Part shown: positions 1 through 10,904 of the stretch, in pieces
Numbering within the stretch: the first letter of the stretch is position 1
How the letters are laid out: each line of letters starts with the position of its first letter
From: Squalus acanthias
Taxonomy: Eukaryota
Length of the DNA: 64,000 nucleotides
NCBI GenBank assembly: GCA_030390025.1
Contig: CM059432.1
Location: 143,966,001 to 144,030,000, forward strand
Direction: 5' to 3'
The notes under the pieces: model-generated
Databases searched by the model: none
What the model was told of the DNA's origin: nothing
The model's input: the letters and a program-made list of their open reading frames with translations, nothing else
Made by a program: the position numbers and the translations under genes

Positions 1-369
1 TATTGGTGAAAGTTAAGTATTGTATGGCTCTTTACCTGCTGTTTTATTTTTGCTTCTGTATAAATCTATCCTACTAAAAAAAATGTGTTTCAAAGTTTAG
101 CCTGAAATATATGGTCAGTCTGTGTGGTATTTCGCTCTGTATCAGTGAGATCAGGAGAGTACAGTTGACCATATAGCTCAGAACTTGAGAAATGGGTCAT
201 TGTTAATTCTGCAGCACAGCAACCCATTCACTGCATATATGAAATATATATAAGTAGTGGGCCTGCTTATGGAAACCCCCTTGATGCTGTGACCATGAAT
301 AAAGAGAATTGGGATAATTGTAACCTGCAACTCAATGAAAGAGTTTATTTATTTTTTAATTGCTTGCAC

Positions 370-612
370 AACTCCGATTTTAATCGCTCCACCATTGGCG
401 GCCGTGCCTTCAGCTGCCTGGGCCCTCAGTTTTGGAATTCCCTCCCTAAACCCCCCCTCTCCTTTTTAAGAAGCTTCTCAAACGCTATCTCTTTCACCTG
501 TCCTAATATCTCCTTATGTGGCTCGGCATCAAATGTTGTCTAATAATCGTTCCTATGAAGCGCCTTGGGATGTTTTACTACGTTAAAGGTGCTATATAAA
601 TGAACAAGTTGT
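370..612 (+). mobile_element. L2-like LINE 3' end fragment
   Basis: ccaccattggcggccgtgccttcagctgcc...ggaattccctccctaaa...gctatataaatg tail; a second, similar copy lies at ~62180-62560. Confidence 0.6.
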
Positions 613-1745
613 TGTGGAGCTGGGAATCGAAGTATCCGATCCACGGTAGCAAATCCTAGGAGCTTGGGCAACCTCTAGCCAGCGGCCCTAAAGCATAATG
701 TAGGAGCAACAAGCGGTAGTTGAGCGACACGATTAAAGAATGAGAATTTTGGGCCAATTCAGTAGAATCTGTCTTCCCTTTGATGTGAATTACTGCAAAT
801 TTGCTGAGTGCAGAATGATTCACTGGGCTTCTGGCATGGCCATACTCGAGGATGCTCTGATTGTAAACAAAAAAGAATTCCGCACAGATGGAAAAGCTGA
901 GCCCGGTAAAGGAAGATTTGAAGATATATCTGTGGCTTTGTTTGGACGGCTTGCTTATTGGTTAGAAGGCAACAATGATATTTTGCCAGAATTTGGACTC
1001 TGTTGGTGTCCCCATCACATGACTCACAAGAGATGGCAGTGTTCCTGCTCCACCACCCACTCCCTCCCTGTTACTGGATCATTATATGTTTGGTGTATTG
1101 ATTCAGATGACACAAGACTTCAAAGATTCCTCGGGCTCCTTTCCGCCACCTCCCCCTCCCACCGACTTCCTGTTGTGAAATGTGCCCACCTGAAAACAAA
1201 GTGGAAGTCCTTGATCACAAAGAATTATCTGCGCTTTAACTACACTTTATACTCGTCTCAGCTAATGCTAGAATACGGTAAAAGAAGACTAAGGAACGTT
1301 ACGAATGATCTATTATGTCACTTTGACCAGGTCTACATGGCCTTTGTGGAACAGCTGCCACAAGGGATTAGAAATGTTTTTTTCTCCATATACTAACTAG
1401 GATGAATCAGGAAACATGAGAGACAGAGAGCATGTTAAAAGGCCCATAATGAACTTCAGAGTCCAGAGATGCTCTAACCTAATGATGATAGATCCTTTGC
1501 ATTGCATGCACAATTAATTATTCATGGCAGTAACATCAATAGGCTTTCATTTTGTTTTAAGACCAGTAAGTAACTTGGAAAATTAGATTAGTGTACAAGT
1601 GTTGTCAGAAGTATTTAATTTGTTAAGACATCCCGTAAAAAAGTGCCTAAAAATAGTACAATTCAGGCAAAGAATTGCTTTCGCAGAAACCCCTTTTGAA
1701 CGTTCCATTCTGCCTAATATGAACTGTTTGCATTTGTTGTCTTTA

Positions 1746-2100
1746 GAAAGAAAGAACTTGCATTTATATAGCACCTTTCACGTCCTCAGGATGTCCCAAA
1801 GCGCTTTAAAGCCAATGAAGTACTTTTGAAGTGGAGTCACTGTTATAATGTCGGGAAACGCGGCAGCCAATTTGCACACAGCAAGGTCCCACAAACAGCA
1901 ATGAGATAAGTGACCAGATACTCTGTTTTTGTGGTGTTGGTTATGGGATAAATATTGGCCAGGACAGCGGGGAGAACTTCCCTGCTCTTCTTTGAAATAT
2001 TGCCATGGGATCTTTTACGTCCACCCGCGAGGGCAGGCGGGGCCTGGGTTCAACGTCCCATCCAAAAGACGGCACCTTGAGCCTAGATGATGTGCTCAAG
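1746..2100 (-). mobile_element. DeuSINE (SacSINE1-like) SINE, head truncated
   Basis: Reverse complement of the SINE body seen at 20882-21353, including the gctatataaatgcaag tail. Confidence 0.75.
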
Positions 2101-2103
2101 GTT

Positions 2104-2189
2104 CTTTTATAGGCTTCATCAGTGAATTAAGTGCCCAACAGCAAGGAGCTCCTGTTGGGCACTTAATTCACTGATGAAGCCTATAAAAG
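2104..2189. repeat. Perfect 38-bp inverted repeat with 10-nt spacer
   Basis: 2104-2141 cttttataggcttcatcagtgaattaagtgcccaacag is the exact reverse complement of 2152-2189. Confidence 0.95.
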
Positions 2190-2217
2190 GCTCCTTAAGC
2201 CGAATAAATAAGATTAG

Positions 2218-2432
2218 TGTCATAAATCGCAAGTAACAACTCAGGAAGTACTACTGGGCGGCCAGCTGGGGCGCCGTCCAGGGAGTATAAATACTCAGGC
2301 ATGGGCCCACCTTGGGCAGAGACAATCTGGAAACAGGAAGCTAGTGACTGCTAACTAGACCTCCATGTTTTGTTACAAGTTGATTAAAGCCTTGCTTTAT
2401 GTTCAAGTGCGTAGTGAGTCTTTATTACGTCA
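2218..2432 (+). repeat. 5' LTR
   Basis: tgtcataaatcgc...tttattacgtca; TATAAATA near 2287 and ATTAAA at 2383-2388; identical by eye to 6507-6721. Confidence 0.97.
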
Positions 2433-2532
2433 ATTTAATCAACTTGATATCGTCTCCACGCTTTGGGTGATTCGGAACAACCAGCTGCAACTCGAACCAC
2501 AGAAGGGAACTTGGGCAAGAAACTGATCCATC

Positions 2533-3540
2533 ATGGAAAAACTCCTTAGACCCGCTCGTCTCGACCTGGACCCGAATGCACCTGCGGCAGCAAAGGTATG
2601 GAAGCATTGGTTTCGTACCTTTAGCAACTTTCTTGAAGAATGTGGGGCGGATGTCCCTAATAAGTTACGAATGCTTATCAACTACGTGTCTCCTCATGTG
2701 TATGATTATATTGAGGACTGTATAGACTATGACACTGCTATCGAAATCTTACAGCAGCTATATGTCAAGTCCCCAAATGAAATCTTTGCTCGACACCTAC
2801 TGGCCACAACTCGGCAGCAACCTGGGGAATCACTCGATGAATTTCTCCAGAAACTTCGCAGGCTCAGCAAGGATTGTAACCTTAAAGCAGTTTCAGCTGA
2901 ACAGTATCAAGAGGAACTAATCCGCGATTCCTTTATCAATGGAATCGCGTCTCCTTTTATACGTCAGCGCCTGCTGGAAAATAAAACCCTCAATTTACGG
3001 GCTGCTTATGACCAGGCGTGTTCCTTGGACTTGGCCAAGAAAAATGCAGACACTTATCTCCCACCACGTGCACGGGCGGCGGCTATCTCCTTTAATGAGT
3101 CTTTCGGTAGGTCTCGGGCGGATGCCCCCACTGATGTTGACTCTACTCTAACAGACGACGACCCTACCCTGGAGGCCTTCGCTGATGACGACCCCGCCCT
3201 AGCAGCATCCTGGCAATCAGGAAGGAAGTGTTTCTTTTGTGGAGGGGCGTGCCATCACAGAAAATTTTGCCCGGCTCGTAATGTGACCTGCAATCATTGC
3301 AGCAAGAAAGGACACTTTTCCAAGGTATGCCAGTCACGGGCCTTTGCTAACAAGAAAGGCCGCTCCTCTAAAGTATACCGGTCGAGAGCTCCTGTTAGCT
3401 TCACAGCTGCTATCTATGGAGCTGCTCCTCCCCAAGAACTACTGTTAAGGCTACAGTTGCCGAAGGGAAAATTGCCCCTCCTCCCATCACGGCTGTTTTT
3501 CCCCAAAGTTTGTCCCATGCAGCCACGAAGGTTTCAGTAA
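2533..3540 (+). CDS. gag: Retrotransposon Gag with two zinc knuckles
   Basis: 335-aa ORF; capsid-like QQPGESLDEFLQKLRRL; knuckles CFFCGGACHHRKFC and CNHCSKKGHFSKVC. Confidence 0.9.
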   Translation: MEKLLRPARLDLDPNAPAAAKVWKHWFRTFSNFLEECGADVPNKLRMLINYVSPHVYDYIEDCIDYDTAIEILQQLYVKSPNEIFARHLLATTRQQPGESLDEFLQKLRRLSKDCNLKAVSAEQYQEELIRDSFINGIASPFIRQRLLENKTLNLRAAYDQACSLDLAKKNADTYLPPRARAAAISFNESFGRSRADAPTDVDSTLTDDDPTLEAFADDDPALAASWQSGRKCFFCGGACHHRKFCPARNVTCNHCSKKGHFSKVCQSRAFANKKGRSSKVYRSRAPVSFTAAIYGAAPPQELLLRLQLPKGKLPLLPSRLFFPKVCPMQPRRFQ

Positions 3541-5648
3541 ATGGGCACACTCTAAGCGCGCTAATCGACTCCTGCAGCTCTGACAGCTTCATTAGTAAGC
3601 GGGCTGTCAACAGGTTAAAACTGCACATTTATCCCTCGGACAGGGAGATTGCAATGGCTCTGACGACTCTGACCACCAATTCTTCTGGCTTCTGTCTGGT
3701 CAACCTCATCCTCAACGGCCGCACGTATCTCTCCACCCGGCTCGGAGTACTCGCAAACTTATGCAGCGATGTGCTTCTGGGACAGGACTTCCAGAAGCAG
3801 CACAAGAAGATCACTTTTGAGTTTGGAGGGTCAAGGCCGGAGCTTACCATTTCTAAGGTGCTGTTTTGTGCACTCTCGGCGGCCTTACTCGGTGAACCCT
3901 CCCTGTTTGCCAATCTTCCCCCCCGCTGTAAACCCATAGCCACCAAATCGCGGCGCTTTAGCCAAAATGATCGAGCGTTTATTGAGGCGGAAATCTCTCG
4001 CCTTTTAGTCGACAGTATTATCGAGCCATGTTCATCTCCCTGGCGGGCTCAGGTCGTCATTGTGAGGAATCCCTTAAAACAACATAAACGTCTGTGTATC
4101 GATTATTCGCAGACTATTAATCTATATACCGATCTGGATGCCTACCCACTGCCACGCATAGATGACATGGTCAACAACCTTGCCAAATACAAGGTATTCT
4201 CGACCTTCGATTTAAAAAGCGCGTACCATCAGGTGCCACTGCAAGACTCTGACAAGAAGTATACGGCCTTTGAGGCCAATGGTCGGCTTTTCCAGTTTCG
4301 CCGCCTTCCATTCGGGGTCACCAATGGGGTGGCCGTCTTCCAACGGGCCATGGATGGCCTAGTCCGGCAAGAGAACTTGACGGATACCTTTCCGTATTTA
4401 GACAATATCACTATTGCCGGCCATGATCAAAAGGAGCATGACGCCAATCTTCAGAGATTTTTTGACGTACTCCGCCGTCGCCACTTAACGTTAAACGAAT
4501 CCAAATCGGTGAAGTCGGTGCCATCGGTGAACATTCTTGGCTACTGGGTGGGCAACGGTGTTATTAAACCGGACCCAGAGCGACTTCGTCCACTTCAGGA
4601 GCTCCCTCCCCCGACGAACTTCGGCTCTCTTCGTCGGGCACTTGGCATGTTTGCTTATTACGCAAAATGGATACCACACTTCTCCGATAAAATACAGCCC
4701 CTGCTCCATGCGAAGTCTTTTCCATTGGAAGCTACGGCTATTTCTGCCTTCAACCTCCTCAAACGACAGCTGGAGAAAGCCACGCTTCGCTCCATTGACG
4801 AAAATCTTCCTTTTGTGGTCGAATGCGATGCATCGGAGGTGGCGATCTCCGCTACCTTGAATCAAGGTGGCCGACCCGTGGCATTCCTATCCAGAACCTT
4901 GCAGGGTAGCGAGCTCCATTACCCCCCTGTCGAGAAGGAGGCTACGGCCATCATCGAGGCTGTACGCCAATGGGGTCATTTTCTTGCTCGGCGTCATTTT
5001 ACGCTTATAACTGACCAGCGCTCTGTGGCCTTCATGTTGGATAACCGGAGGCGCACGAAAATCAAAAATAATAAAATTCAACTCTGGAGGATGGAGCTGG
5101 CTGCCTTTGGATATACTATCTGTTACCAACCCGGCAAACAGAACGTGGCCCCAGATACCTTCACACGGGCATTTTGCTCCTCAATGTCAACGTCGACTCT
5201 GGCGGATTTGCATATGGACTTATGCCATCCTGGTGTGACCCGCATGTTGCACTTTGTGCGCTCCAAAAATCTACCATTTTCAACCGAGGACGTAAAGAAA
5301 ACATGCTCCTCCTGTAGGATTTGTGCAGAATTGAAACCACAATTCTTTCGCACATCAGATGGCTTACTCATACATGCAATGCAGCCTATGCAGAGGCTCA
5401 GCATAGACTTTAAAGGGCCATTGCCTTCGTCGACAAGGAACACCTACCTACTTACGATGGTGGACGAGTATTCACGCTTTCCCTTCGCCTTCCCCTGCCC
5501 TAATATGCTTACCTCTACGGTAATTAAATGCCTCGATCAGGTCTTTTCCCTTTGCGGGACGGCCAATTTTATCCACACTGATCGGGGTCCCTCCTTTATG
5601 TCGAGTGAACTTAAGTTATCTCTCCCAACGGGGAATCGCCTCAAGTAG
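3510..5648 (+). CDS. pol: Pol (aspartic protease, reverse transcriptase, RNase H, N-terminal part of integrase), in the -1 frame relative to gag
   Basis: LIDSCS protease motif; RLCIDY, DLKSAYHQ, LPFG and YLDN RT motifs; CDAS, EKEA and TDQ RNase H motifs; HPG...CSSCRIC zinc finger; SIDFKGP and HTDRG integrase core; frame is open from ~3399. Confidence 0.92.
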   Translation: MSHAATKVSVNGHTLSALIDSCSSDSFISKRAVNRLKLHIYPSDREIAMALTTLTTNSSGFCLVNLILNGRTYLSTRLGVLANLCSDVLLGQDFQKQHKKITFEFGGSRPELTISKVLFCALSAALLGEPSLFANLPPRCKPIATKSRRFSQNDRAFIEAEISRLLVDSIIEPCSSPWRAQVVIVRNPLKQHKRLCIDYSQTINLYTDLDAYPLPRIDDMVNNLAKYKVFSTFDLKSAYHQVPLQDSDKKYTAFEANGRLFQFRRLPFGVTNGVAVFQRAMDGLVRQENLTDTFPYLDNITIAGHDQKEHDANLQRFFDVLRRRHLTLNESKSVKSVPSVNILGYWVGNGVIKPDPERLRPLQELPPPTNFGSLRRALGMFAYYAKWIPHFSDKIQPLLHAKSFPLEATAISAFNLLKRQLEKATLRSIDENLPFVVECDASEVAISATLNQGGRPVAFLSRTLQGSELHYPPVEKEATAIIEAVRQWGHFLARRHFTLITDQRSVAFMLDNRRRTKIKNNKIQLWRMELAAFGYTICYQPGKQNVAPDTFTRAFCSSMSTSTLADLHMDLCHPGVTRMLHFVRSKNLPFSTEDVKKTCSSCRICAELKPQFFRTSDGLLIHAMQPMQRLSIDFKGPLPSSTRNTYLLTMVDEYSRFPFAFPCPNMLTSTVIKCLDQVFSLCGTANFIHTDRGPSFMSSELKLSLPTGNRLK

Positions 5649-6468
5649 GACGACACCATATCACCCAATCGGTAACGGACAGGTTGAACGATACAATGCC
5701 ATCATCTGGAACGCTGTCCGTCTGGCACTAAGGTCACGCAACCTGCCGGACCAGCAGTGGGAAACGGTGCTCCCCGACGCGTTACACTCTATCAGGTCTC
5801 TTCTCTCCACATCTACTAATGTCACGCCTCATGAGCGATTCTTCAAATTCCGGCGTCGCTCTACACATGGGACGTCTCTACCGTCATGGTTGGTGGCTCC
5901 AGGCCCGGTGCTACTCCGGAGGTTCGTCCGGTCTACCAAAAACGACCCTCTCGTTGACGAGGTGGAGTTAACGGAGGTAAACCCCACGTATGCGCACGTA
6001 CGGTACCCTGATGGCCGGGAGACCACCGTCTCGCTCCGAGATCTGGCTCCCTGCCCAACTGGTCACACGGGCCCGAATGATGAAGGATCCCCCGACAATG
6101 ATATCAACACTCCGCACCCCTATGAAAATGACGCCCCACCTGGGACATCGGGGGATCTGCCGGCAACGCTACCGGATCAACTCGGGGAGCTGGACGCTCC
6201 CCGTAGGATGGCCACCCGAAACCAGGACGCCGGACAATCTCCAGCCACGACCCGGGATGAGGCCAGCTCAGCACCTGTGGGGACCCGCACCCGGAGTCAT
6301 GATATTCCCAGTCCTCCACAGGATGATCAAGATGACGCGGACTCTACTGACTTACCGGTACGGGCCAAGCGACCCAGGGACCAGGACACGGTCCGGGGAG
6401 ACGTGCCTTCCAGTCACAAGCAGAGAGCTAAACGTCTGCGGCTATTTCTGGTCCGCCTAGTCCGTTAA
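5605..6468 (+). pseudogene. C-terminal part of integrase, separated from pol by a frameshift near 5616
   Basis: YLSQRGIASSRTTPYHPIGNGQVERYN completes the DDE core in a different frame; low-complexity tail; no recognisable env or chromodomain. Confidence 0.85.
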
Positions 6469-6506
6469 AGGAAGACTGGACTTCCAAACCTTTTAGGGAG
6501 GAAGAA

Positions 6507-6721
6507 TGTCATAAATCGCAAGTAACAACTCAGGAAGTACTACTGGGCGGCCAGCTGGGGCGCCGTCCAGGGAGTATAAATACTCAGGCATGGGCCCACC
6601 TTGGGCAGAGACAATCTGGAAACAGGAAGCTAGTGACTGCTAACTAGACCTCCATGTTTTGTTACAAGTTGATTAAAGCCTTGCTTTATGTTCAAGTGCG
6701 TAGTGAGTCTTTATTACGTCA
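6507..6721 (+). repeat. 3' LTR
   Basis: Direct repeat of 2218-2432, preceded by the polypurine tract and followed by the ATTAG TSD. Confidence 0.97.
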
Positions 6722-7019
6722 ATTAGTTTGTGGAAATGCTGGGCGGCAGGAGAGAATATCCAAACAAAGAGAAGTTCAGAAAAGTCTGCTTCAGAAATGA
6801 CGTTCTTTAGGCACTAATTGATGGGGTATGGCAGGTGGAGTTCGATCTTTGGTTCAATGGTGACCCACAAAGAAATCCATGTGATCTGCCACAATGCAGC
6901 TCCTCATTCACTCTTGGCCCATTTAAAACAGGGGCAAGGTGATCTCTATGATGAACAAACAGTTCGTCTCAAAGCTGCATTGACAAGTTTTTACAATCGT
7001 TCTGTTTCCAGTCTGCTGC

Positions 7020-7530
7020 AATAAGAACATAGGAACTGCTGGCCGAAAAAGTCCAAGGTCCTTCTAGTTTGCCTTCTACCATCCTGGTAGTCGCAACGCT
7101 AATGGAGTTGTTGACGAATCGCAACGATCAATCTCTATCAATTAGTCTACAACAGACCCAGACATGAGGTGAGGAAAACCCCCAGAGGTGGACAGCTTTG
7201 GGAACCATTGGTCCAGAGTCACCTGTTCCTCCCGAGCGCGCTGCACTCCCCACACCTCATGTCTCACATTACTTGGGTACTATATCCCAAAATGTTATTT
7301 TCTGAAAGAAATCTCTCTCATTTGCCTTTGAATGAATCAATACTAACTGCTTCCACCGTCTCCCTAGGGAGTCTGTTCCATAGATTGACCACTCGCTCAC
7401 TGGAATATTGTTTCCGCGGATTAGTTTTGGATTTCCCCCTTCAAGCGCAGGCCGTGTCCTCTGGCTCTACTGTTCTGGACAGGGTGAAACAGCTTGTCAC
7501 GGTCGACATTATGCAATCCCTTTCGAACCT
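7020..7530 (-). mobile_element. Degenerate CR1-like LINE 3' fragment
   Basis: Minus strand resembles CR1 3' ends (gagtggtcaatctatggaacagactccc...tcattcaaaggcaaat) and has a ttcttat tail. Confidence 0.5.
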
Positions 7531-7589
7531 TAGACTTGCCACATTTCACTTTCTCTGCCTGCTAGTTCTGTAATTTCTTTCCTTTGAAA

Positions 7590-8035
7590 AATAGAAGACT
7601 TGCATTTCTACAGCGCCTTTCACAATCTCAGGACGTCCCAAACCGCTTTACAGCCAATGAAGTACTTTTGAAGTGTAGTCACTGTTGTAATGTGGGAAAC
7701 ACGGCAGCCAATTTGTGCACAGCAAGCTCCCACAAACAGCAATGTGATGATGACCAGATAATCTGTTTTTAGTGATGTTCGTTTCAGGGATAAATATTGG
7801 CCAGGACACCTGTTCTTTTTCGAAATGGTGCCGTGGGATCTTTTACGTCCACCTGAGAGGGCAGACGAGACCTCGGTTTAACGTCTCATCCGAAAGACGG
7901 CACCTCCGACAGTGCAGCACTCCCTCAGCACTGCACTGGAGGGTCAGCCTTGATTTTTGTGCTCAAGCCTCTGGAGTGGGACTTGAACTCGCCTTGTGAC
8001 TCGAGCGAGAGTGCCGCCCACTGAGCCACGGCTGC
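7590..8035 (-). mobile_element. DeuSINE (SacSINE1-like), near full length
   Basis: tRNA-like head on the minus strand (ggctcagtgggcggcactc...gagttcaagtccc), shared central domain and tail. Confidence 0.8.
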
Positions 8036-8389
8036 TGGTTTTCGGTAACACAGGACCCTTGCGCAGACCTGCAGCCGCAGGGTTCCTGCTACCCCAGCTG
8101 CCAACCTCGTGTACAACCACACTGCTCAGCATTCGCGGAAGGAAGAGAGATAGTTCCAATGGGGGGGACGGAAAGGCAGATGCATTTGCCCCTCTTGTGC
8201 TTGGTACTCATCGCAATCAGCCCAGGAACTATGTTCTCTGACACAAATACAATGACTTGGGCATGTCTGAGGAGACTTGCCTTGTCTGTGTCTATTTCAC
8301 CAAAAAATAAGTAGCCTGACCCCCTGAAGATTAGCCAGACGCACCCCCCACCCCCCCACCCCCCCCCACCCCAACATAAGCTTAAACAA

Positions 8390-9132
8390 TGGAGAGCAGA
8401 GAGTAGGGGTGAAGGGTAGTTATTCAGATCAGAGGACGGTAGAAAGTGGTGTTCCACCAGGATCAGTGCTGGGACCACAGTTATTCATAATTTACATTTG
8501 GCCTTGGGAACAAGTAATTCAATATCAAAATTTGTAGATGATACCAAACTGGAGGGGGGGGGGGGGCGGGTATAGCTAACACGGAGGAAGAATGCAACGT
8601 AATACAAGAAGGCATTCGAAAACTTGCAGACTGGGCAATTGGGTGACAAATGAAGTTTAACAGATAAATGTGAGGTGATGCACTTTGGAAGGAAAAACAG
8701 AAACATCACCTACACCTTAGAAAATAAGAATGTGAATGGGGTAAGCACAGGGATCGAGGGATACAGGTGAACAAATCATTAAAAGCAGCATTGCAGGTCA
8801 GCAAAGTAATTAAAAATGCTAGCAAAGCACTGGGATTTAGTTCTAGGGGTTTAGAATTCGAAAGCAGTGAAGTTATGTTAAACTTGTATCGGATCCTGGT
8901 CAGGCCGCACTTGCGCACAGTTGTTGTCTCCATACTATAAATAGGACATAGAAGCACTGGAGAAAGTGAAAAAAGATTTACAAGGATGGTACCAGAATTG
9001 AGAGATTACAGCTATCGAAAAAGATTGAACAGGTTGGGGCTTTTTCTCTTTAGAAAAGAGAAGACTCAGAGGAGACCTGATAGAGGTGTTTAAGCTTATG
9101 AATGGGTTGGAAAGGATAAATGTGAAGATATT
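8390..9132 (+). mobile_element. CR1 (HER1-like) LINE RT fragment, left part; interrupted by the Harbinger element
   Basis: ggtgttccaccaggatcagtgctgggacc (GVP..SVLGP), aaatttgtagatgataccaaact (KF.DDTK), tgtgaggtgatgcactttgg; the sequence resumes at 15728. Confidence 0.8.
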
Positions 9133-9677
9133 GGGCTAAAGATTCGTGTCTTCGGCGCCACGAGATGGCGCTAAAATGCCGGCTGGCGCAGGTTCCAGCG
9201 GAGTGCGCCATTTTCGAGTTGCCGGTATCGATGCCTGTAAACTCGATCGCCGGGAACATTGAAATCACGGAGATCGTGACGTCAGTGAGTGCACAACGCT
9301 CACTTGACACCCAATCTCCTAATTTGGTTTTGGCCATTGCAGTTACCGGCTGGAGAAAGCAACGACAGGTCGAGCTGGCGTGCAGCGGCAGGAAGTTGGC
9401 TCCGGCAATGATATTTAAAGGGATCATCACCAATCACTCGCACCCGACAGGATCTTGCAGTTTGAGTGGCTGTGTGCTACTTCCTGCACTGCAGGAGTAT
9501 TCTTTAGTTATTTTAAGATTATTTGGTAGCAGGGAGTGTTCTGGCAAGTACAAAACTCCCTCATTATTTTTGAAATGCTTCAAACAACAACACTTGCTAA
9601 AAGTCATGGGGGCTGTACTGGCAGTCGACCTCGCCCTCCAGGATCTATGGCGGAGGGAGTGATGAAGACTGGAACAT

Positions 9678-10904
9678 GTGCGCAGAGGGAGGAGGAGGAG
9701 AGCCATCAGGGCTCTCAACAGGAGGCCTTACCCACCTAGGGTCTTCCGAAAGCTCTTCTCCTACCTCCAATTAAGTGAGGAGCAGAGTCTAAGGAAGCTC
9801 TGCTTCACCAAGGGGATGGTCATAGAACTCTGCCACCTCCTGGAACCAGACCTTCAGCCTGAGAGCAGGCCAACCACGGCTCTCCCAGTGGCAGTCAAGG
9901 TCACCACGGCCCTCAATTTCTTCACCAGCGGATCCTTCCAGTCTGCCGTAGGAAACATATCTAACATCTTAGAGTTCACCGTCTATCGCTGCATCCGGGA
10001 GGTCACTGAAGCTCTCTACACCAGGAGAAGGGATTACGTTGGCTTCTCGCTCACCAGAGAGAAGCAGGAGGAGCGTGTATGTGGCTTTGCCAGGATAGTG
10101 GGCTTCCCCATGGTGCAGGGCGCCATCGACTGCACCCATGTGGCTTTGCCGGCGCCACATGTCAATTCTGAGAACTTCCGTAATCGCAAAGGCTGCCACT
10201 CACTTAATGTGCAGTTGGTGTGCGACCACGCACAACGAATCCTCAATGTCAATGCCCGCTATCCTGGCAGCAGCCACGATGCCTTCATCCTGCGCCAGAC
10301 CGGTGTGCCAGCACTCTTCCAGCCGCCACATCAAGCTCGAGGGCAGCTGCTCGGAGACCAGGGCTATCCGCTCTCCACCTGGCTCATGACTCCCCTCCAC
10401 AACCCCAACACTCCTGCCCAGCACTCATATAATGAGAGCCATGCTGCCACCAGGAACATCATCGAGCAGACCATCGGAGTGCAAATGCAACGGTTCAGCT
10501 GCCTTGACCGCTCGGGAGGAGCCCTCCAGTACTCGACGGAGCGGGTGTCCCAGTTCATGGTGGTCTGCTGCTTGCTCCACAACTTGGCCTTCATGAGGGC
10601 CCAGCCATTGCCAGCAGGGATTGTGGGACCACCTCAGGAGGAGGAGAAAGGAGGGAGCGAGGAAGGAAGGAAACAATCAGCCTTCTGGACGGCCTGTCCA
10701 CGACCGGCTCATCAGACTCCGATTCACATGATCCCCATTGCTCACCACATCCCCACCATATCATCCCTGTCTCATGGTTTTTTTAAAATTTGTTCCTGGG
10801 ATGTGGGCGTCGCTGGCAAGGCCAGCATTTATTGCCCATCCCTAATTGCCCTCGAGAAGGTGGTGGTGAGCCACCTTCTTGAACCGCTGCAGTCCGTGTG
10901 GTGA
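9678..10904 (+). CDS. Harbinger DDE transposase (HARBI1-like); C-terminus degenerate and running into the LINE tail
   Basis: GAIDCTHV, NRKGCHSLNVQLVCD, YPGSSHDAFIL, LLGDQGY and RNIIEQTIG motifs. Confidence 0.88.
   Translation: MRRGRRRRAIRALNRRPYPPRVFRKLFSYLQLSEEQSLRKLCFTKGMVIELCHLLEPDLQPESRPTTALPVAVKVTTALNFFTSGSFQSAVGNISNILEFTVYRCIREVTEALYTRRRDYVGFSLTREKQEERVCGFARIVGFPMVQGAIDCTHVALPAPHVNSENFRNRKGCHSLNVQLVCDHAQRILNVNARYPGSSHDAFILRQTGVPALFQPPHQARGQLLGDQGYPLSTWLMTPLHNPNTPAQHSYNESHAATRNIIEQTIGVQMQRFSCLDRSGGALQYSTERVSQFMVVCCLLHNLAFMRAQPLPAGIVGPPQEEEKGGSEEGRKQSAFWTACPRPAHQTPIHMIPIAHHIPTISSLSHGFFKICSWDVGVAGKASIYCPSLIALEKVVVSHLLEPLQSVW

Larger units (their letters stand above)
2218..6721 (+). mobile_element. 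Full-length Ty3/Gypsy LTR retrotransposon (Mag-like gag), recent insertion
   Basis: Two 215-bp TG...CA LTRs; ATTAG TSD at 2213-2217 and 6722-6726; polypurine tract agggaggaagaa at 6495-6506; domain order gag-PR-RT-RH-IN. Confidence 0.97.

Noticed and set aside
740..1396. 218-aa ORF in non-repetitive sequence
   Set aside because: No recognisable domain or convincing exon structure; cannot be supported without a homology search.
6050..6468. Possible env or extra ORF in the Gypsy element
   Set aside because: Low-complexity integrase tail with no signal peptide or transmembrane segment.
9678..10904. Host HARBI1 gene
   Set aside because: It lies within terminal repeats next to a Myb/SANT partner and has a decayed C-terminus, so it is a transposon copy rather than the domesticated gene.
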